64,000 nucleotides of DNA from Perkinsus olseni (taxonomy: Eukaryota), in assembly GCA_013115125.1 (NCBI GenBank), contig JABANN010000001.1:62001-126000 (forward strand). Direction: 5' to 3'. Position 1 is the stretch's first letter. Every line of letters begins with the position of its first letter. Positions 58,800 through 64,000 of the stretch are shown in pieces. The notes below the pieces were generated by a model that saw only the letters and a program-made list of their open reading frames with translations, did no database searches and had not been told where the DNA came from. Position numbers and translations under genes: made by a program.

Positions 58800-61700
58800 A
58801 AACGTCAACTTCCAATAGTAAACAGCTGCCGGAGGTCCTCGCTGGTGTTGCGCAGGGGAATGCGCGGTCTCCTGTGTCGCCGTACTTCCCTGAGGAGAAG
58901 AAGTAGAGAGAGCGGCAGACAACAGCGAGAGGGCTCACCGAATGACCTCCTCCCGCACGTCCAAGGGCAGCTTGGGGCTGCTCATGACCAAGTCGAAGTC
59001 TTGCATTCCCAACTTGATAAGTGCGAGCCGCAAGAGGCCGTTTCGCTCTCCATCGACATCGAGGCTATCTAGGATGTAGCCCAGCACCTCGCTGACCGTC
59101 GAGTCCGAGTCCGGAGACAGCTCCGGCGTGTCTGCAATGGCAGCGCAGAGGTCTACCAGACTGTTGCACACTGCCAGCTGAAGACGGGCGTGGACGGAGT
59201 GTTCGGGGTGGTGGGCGTACTGATCGACCTGACATCGGGGCATGACTGAAAGAATGCGACTGCGGATGCCGACGATCATCGGCAAATATAGTCTACGCGC
59301 TGATGCTAATGCCCATCATCGCCAATTCGTCAATAGCCGACCGAGTCGTCCCAACCGTCTCTGTGTTCCCCGACGATCGTACGGACACTCAGGGGAAGTG
59401 GGCGTCAACTTACTCTTCTGATGGCCGGCCAGAGGTCTGCCCAAATCCTGTTGCTCATGAATACAGCTAACTCCGTTGAGGTGAGCAACACATTTGACAG
59501 GAGAGCTAGGCACGCCAGCAGACAGTGGGGCCTGAACACCATCAAAAATGCCAGACGCCCTGGGAAGAGGGACGGCGACGGCCTACTTCGACCTGGGCTG
59601 CATCGCTGCGGCTTTCAAACTGGACCAACAGTCCGCAAGTGCTGCCGGTCGGGCAGGCTCGGGGATCAAGGGGAGGGCTCGCGAAACGCACCACAAGGCA
59701 GGCGTGAGTAAACTAGAGTCTGCCGCGGTGAGCACCGGCGTGACCTGTGAGTGGTGCTTGCGACGGCTAAGGCCGGGTTGTGGATCCCTTACTCTCTCGA
59801 GGGACACCTTAGCCATCCATTCGCTCGGAGTCAGCGGCCGGCGTAGCTCCTCATCACTCAAGGCCGTGGCACCAATAGCGTCACCGCGTGTCCTGGGCTG
59901 CCAAACCGCAGCAGTAGGGTCATTAGACAGTGACGCGAACAGAGCCTAATATAGGAATGAAGGGAGCGGGTCAGACTTCTTTCAGAGCTGACCTCCAGTG
60001 GTGGTAGGGCCTCGGACGGTGACGGCTCGACAGTACGGTGGTTGTGAAGGGTGGGGTACTGAGCCTTGAATATGACCCAGAGGACTGCAGAGAGGCACTG
60101 AAGGACCTGCACAAACGAGGTTGACCGAATATCACCGCCTTCTATCGGGTGGCAAAAGCTCTCCCGATCCTTCTACAATTTCACGGTGAACTTGCCCTCA
60201 CCCATACCATAAATCCCAATCTTCTCAAAAACACTGCCTCTACTTACTTCTCACTCATCCCTAATTACCGCACCATTCCCCCCTACAGTCAGTAGACACT
60301 ATCCACCGCATTGATCGCTGTATCGAGCCGAAGAGCGCATGCCTCGCGTGACCGACCCTTACCCATGTCTCATCCTTAGTATTCACTTTAATGAGCTCCT
60401 TGACTATATCGGACAACCAGAAACTCATTTCCTCCGGGGAATCTGAGGGCACTGAGTGGCCACAGCGACAGGCCGTTGGATGCCATGACCGACCTGCAGA
60501 GTATCTTGACAAGGCTAGCACCAGCGGGGCGGCCGCGGAAGGGTTGGCGGAATGACGGAGAACGAACCTAGGAAGGACCGAGTCATTGCCCTGGGCAGCA
60601 GTGGGGCCCCTACACGACTTGGTCCACGATTCTGTCAGCATTTTCGTATATCAGTTCACCGACTGACGATACACCTGACAAGAAAGAGGATTTCCCAACT
60701 ATCGTACGACACGCAACTTTAAGCGATGAAGACCCGACATGGCGCGAGGTGCCCGTCGCCCTCACGCAACGGCAAGAGAGCTTTTGGGGGATCATAGCGT
60801 AATTGGCAGTATTCGACACATACCTGTCTTAGAGGCAAGAGATGACATCGCCAAGCTAGCTGCCGACCTCAAGTACGGGAACTCGCAACCGAGGCACGCC
60901 AGAAGAGGTTTGCATAATAGCCGTGTGAGGATGGGCGCTGAGAAGAGCAGATGGGAGACATTGCCGGTGCTGGACAGACCCACTCAGAGCCTCAGCTGCC
61001 ATAGAAGCCTTGGAGACGGCCCTTAACATCATGTAGATCTCGACTCTGTCATCTGAGCATCCCAAGAGGTTTCTACCAACCGCCACGTACCACAACTCAC
61101 CCAAATCGTCTACGTCCCACCCCTCAGTGTCCTCCTCAACTCGACTGATCAGCAACTCGACGAGGCTGGCTGAATGCCAGTAGTCCTCGGGCAACAGAGA
61201 AAGCCACAGGTAAAAGCCGCAGGCAGAAACCCGCTTCGAGTCAGCGATGGCACTTGACGGAGTCAGATCTGACACGAAGAGGTCCCCACGAGACGCTGTG
61301 TGAAGGTCACTACCCCCAGCGTCCACGATACGAGCGCACGTGCGCTCAAGCACTGGTAAGACCGAACCCAGCCAAATGCTTCCTAGGCTCTGGTCCGTTA
61401 TACGATCAACCTAAAGGACGGGCAACCATGGATGGTGATAAAGCGATCAACCCAGCTATGACCTCAGCCCACAGAGACGGTATCGACTGCTGCGTCGGCA
61501 TCGGGGATCCCGACTCTCCTGGATGCAACGGCTGGCGTTCCGAGAGCACCTGACGGCTCTCGACATGCGGGCGCGCGAAAGATACGAAACTTTACGTCTT
61601 TCAGATTGCCAGCCTGGGGCTTCACCACGGTTAGGAGATGCTGCCATACCTCCCGTTCGTCCAGAGATGACCGGGCTACCATCACCTGACACTCTCCAGT

Positions 61701-64000
61701 CTTCCCGCTGCGCCGAGAAATGAAGACGGTCGCGTCCAACCCGTAACATCGAGGAACGGCTCAACGTGATCACGGCCACGATCCAAGTCTTTCATTCGCC
61801 GGGAGATTTCAAAGTAGATTCCGCATTGTGTAAATCTAGATTTGGCTTCGAGTGGGTTCAATGATCCCGCTATTGACAAACGGCAGCCTCCGCTACTACA
61901 TATCCCTCCAGAACGTTCCATTGGCCCCGGTCGATGCTACGGCACGCCCTGCTGGTCGCCAGACGATCAACCTCCTCCCTGTAACGATTGGACTCCGCCA
62001 TCTGACAGCCGGAGAGAGATCAGATGCGAAAACTATGCAGAAAATGGTGCTCTGTTTACCGGCAGGAACGCAGTGAACCCCCATTCTCTCGATGAGAGTC
62101 AGCAACAGAGGCTTCACAAGGGCGAGTCGGGCAGGCAATGAATTCGCAGTCGGAGCGGCGGAGCGGCAGTCTCGAGTGAACACCATCGATAGTGAATCAG
62201 ATATCCTAACTGCTAGTGGGGCGAGCTCAGTGCATCAATTCCAGAGCTCGCGTGGAGATGTTTTCCTGCCGTCCAATTCACCAGAATATTCCCCTTTTCC
62301 GCTATGACTACCTCCCGAGCCAAGCTCTCCTCCTCCACTGCCGATGTTACTATGATGTCCAAGGCCTCGGGGATCTGCCCCCAACTCCTCGGCATGCTTG
62401 CTAATGCCTTCAGCAACAACCGAGATGCCGGTATGGCAGGCAGCGGCGTCGAGGTCCCTGCCAGCCGGATTGAAAATGGGGGGATTACTCAGCCGCTGTA
62501 GTACCAAATCTTCCGATCATCTTATCAAAGGCTACAGCTGTACCCGTGACGCTGGGTGGAGGAGGCGCCCCTTCGGGTACATCAGGATTCACACAGAAAG
62601 GCAGCCACCTTCCCCAGCAAACCAAGGCTGCTGATAGCACCGCGCGGGAAGCATGGGGGTCCATCACCACCTAAATGAGGATTACCACTGCCACATCTCA
62701 CTAAGTAATCAAGAAGATACATGCTAGATGCGCCAAGCCGGGACTATTACGTTGGTCGAGATTGTGCTGACAACTCCAGGATACCACTGCCCGAGGTCCT
62801 CCCCCTCCCTAGCCAGCTCGTCCCCCATGCTGCCTATGGCCTCGAAGCACATCACCTGAGAGAACATCATCCCTATGGGAATGAGGTGACCTTCCCTCCC
62901 ACTACTACCTGACCTTCCCTGTCACCTTCCAGTCGTAGCGGGTTGAGAAGCAAGTGGAGCGTGTATCCGACATGATACACGTTACGAGAAGACGTCGGCG
63001 AGTATCTCCGGTATCTGAGCACCGAGTACTGTGGACTCCCACGGTGGCGCTGCTACTACTTGACGAGAGCGTGGGCCAGCTTAGTGAGGGCTCTGGCCAA
63101 TTCCTCCGGCATGGACTTATCAGTGCTATGATAATCTGCTACTGGGAAGAGGATGGCTGTGGTAACCGTCGGGAACAGCGACTGCAGCCTTCGTTCGGGT
63201 AACGCGGGCTCCTCTAAACAGAACATGAGATGCCACGAAGAGAGTCTTCGGCAACCATTCGACATCGCGAACCAATACAGCGGCTGCATTGCGCGTGAAT
63301 TATCTGGCTGCTTTTACGTCGAGAATATGATCGGCCTAGTAGGGGCATAAACCATTACAAATATTCGCCCACTAGTGTCCTCCAAACACGAAGGAAACTC
63401 ATGAGTTTCATGGCCCGCCCGAGAGAGAACCTTCCGGAGGCCTCATCACGTGAGCGGCGACGGGAAGCAGAGCCATCGATTCTCACCTGCCGGGTCGAGT
63501 CTGCTTAGAAGATACGCCAGGGCTTCAACCAAAGATACGGTGGAATCCTCAGGTAGAGTCTTGTACGATTGTCTTAGTATAGCAACAAGAGGCACGTAGG
63601 CGAGCTCAAAGGAGTAGTGGACGGCCCTCTGGTCGAAGGAGCGAAGTATCTGCCACTGAGGGCCTTCATAACCACCCTCCCTTTCCTGTGTATTACCCGG
63701 GTGATCTCATCAGCGTTGGGGGCCTGTCGAGGTCCGGTGCTGATAAGTCGGACCACTGCAGGCTGCAGGGCTGCCACTGCCTTCTGGGCTGCTGATGACA
63801 GAGGTCCGGTTGTGGCTGCTGTTCGGGCGGATTCAACGAGTGGCATGCGTTAAAAGGAGTCTTAGACCGAAAGAAGTCAGCGACGTCAAGCTTGGCCGAG
63901 ACCTCGTGTTTGCGTGTCCGCACGGACGCCACTACGGCGATGGTTACCAGTGGAGTCGTTCCAACCAGTAACTCTCGGCGGCGGGAGCATAAGTGATGTC
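58800..64000 (-). CDS. Large Leu-rich helical (ARM/HEAT-like) multi-exon protein or proteins; 5' end outside the window
   Basis: Many Leu/Ala-rich minus-strand exons (e.g. 58935..59285, 60856..61353, 62213..62419, 63056..63289). Family not determined. Confidence 0.4.

Overview
A gene-dense eukaryotic nuclear contig with many short (about 40-80 nt) spliceosomal introns. An alveolin gene, an apicomplexan-type COX5B and the compact exon/intron style point to an alveolate, most likely a Perkinsus-like perkinsid; this is inferred from gene content only. Recognisable genes are DOHH, MPP10, COX5B, three intronless AAAP amino-acid transporters (one frameshifted), an SPMIP1-like axonemal protein, LSm2, a Nup96-like protein, mitochondrial uL15, a PAQR/hemolysin-III protein, alveolin, coatomer zeta, a P4-ATPase flippase, BOP1/ERB1, RPL39 and an ataxin-10-like protein. 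The most notable signals are five: (1) a cluster of five box C/D snoRNAs just downstream of RPL39, with rRNA-complementary guides and copy-specific terminal stems; (2) a spliced NADAR(YbiA)-FHA-RRM-RS fusion gene containing a GC-AG intron; (3) a tandem trio of secreted, mucin-stalked, probably GPI-anchored proteins sharing a 10-Cys domain I do not recognise; (4) a perfect 35-bp intergenic hairpin; (5) an RRM+LOTUS protein. Boundaries of multi-exon genes were read by eye and are approximate where stated.
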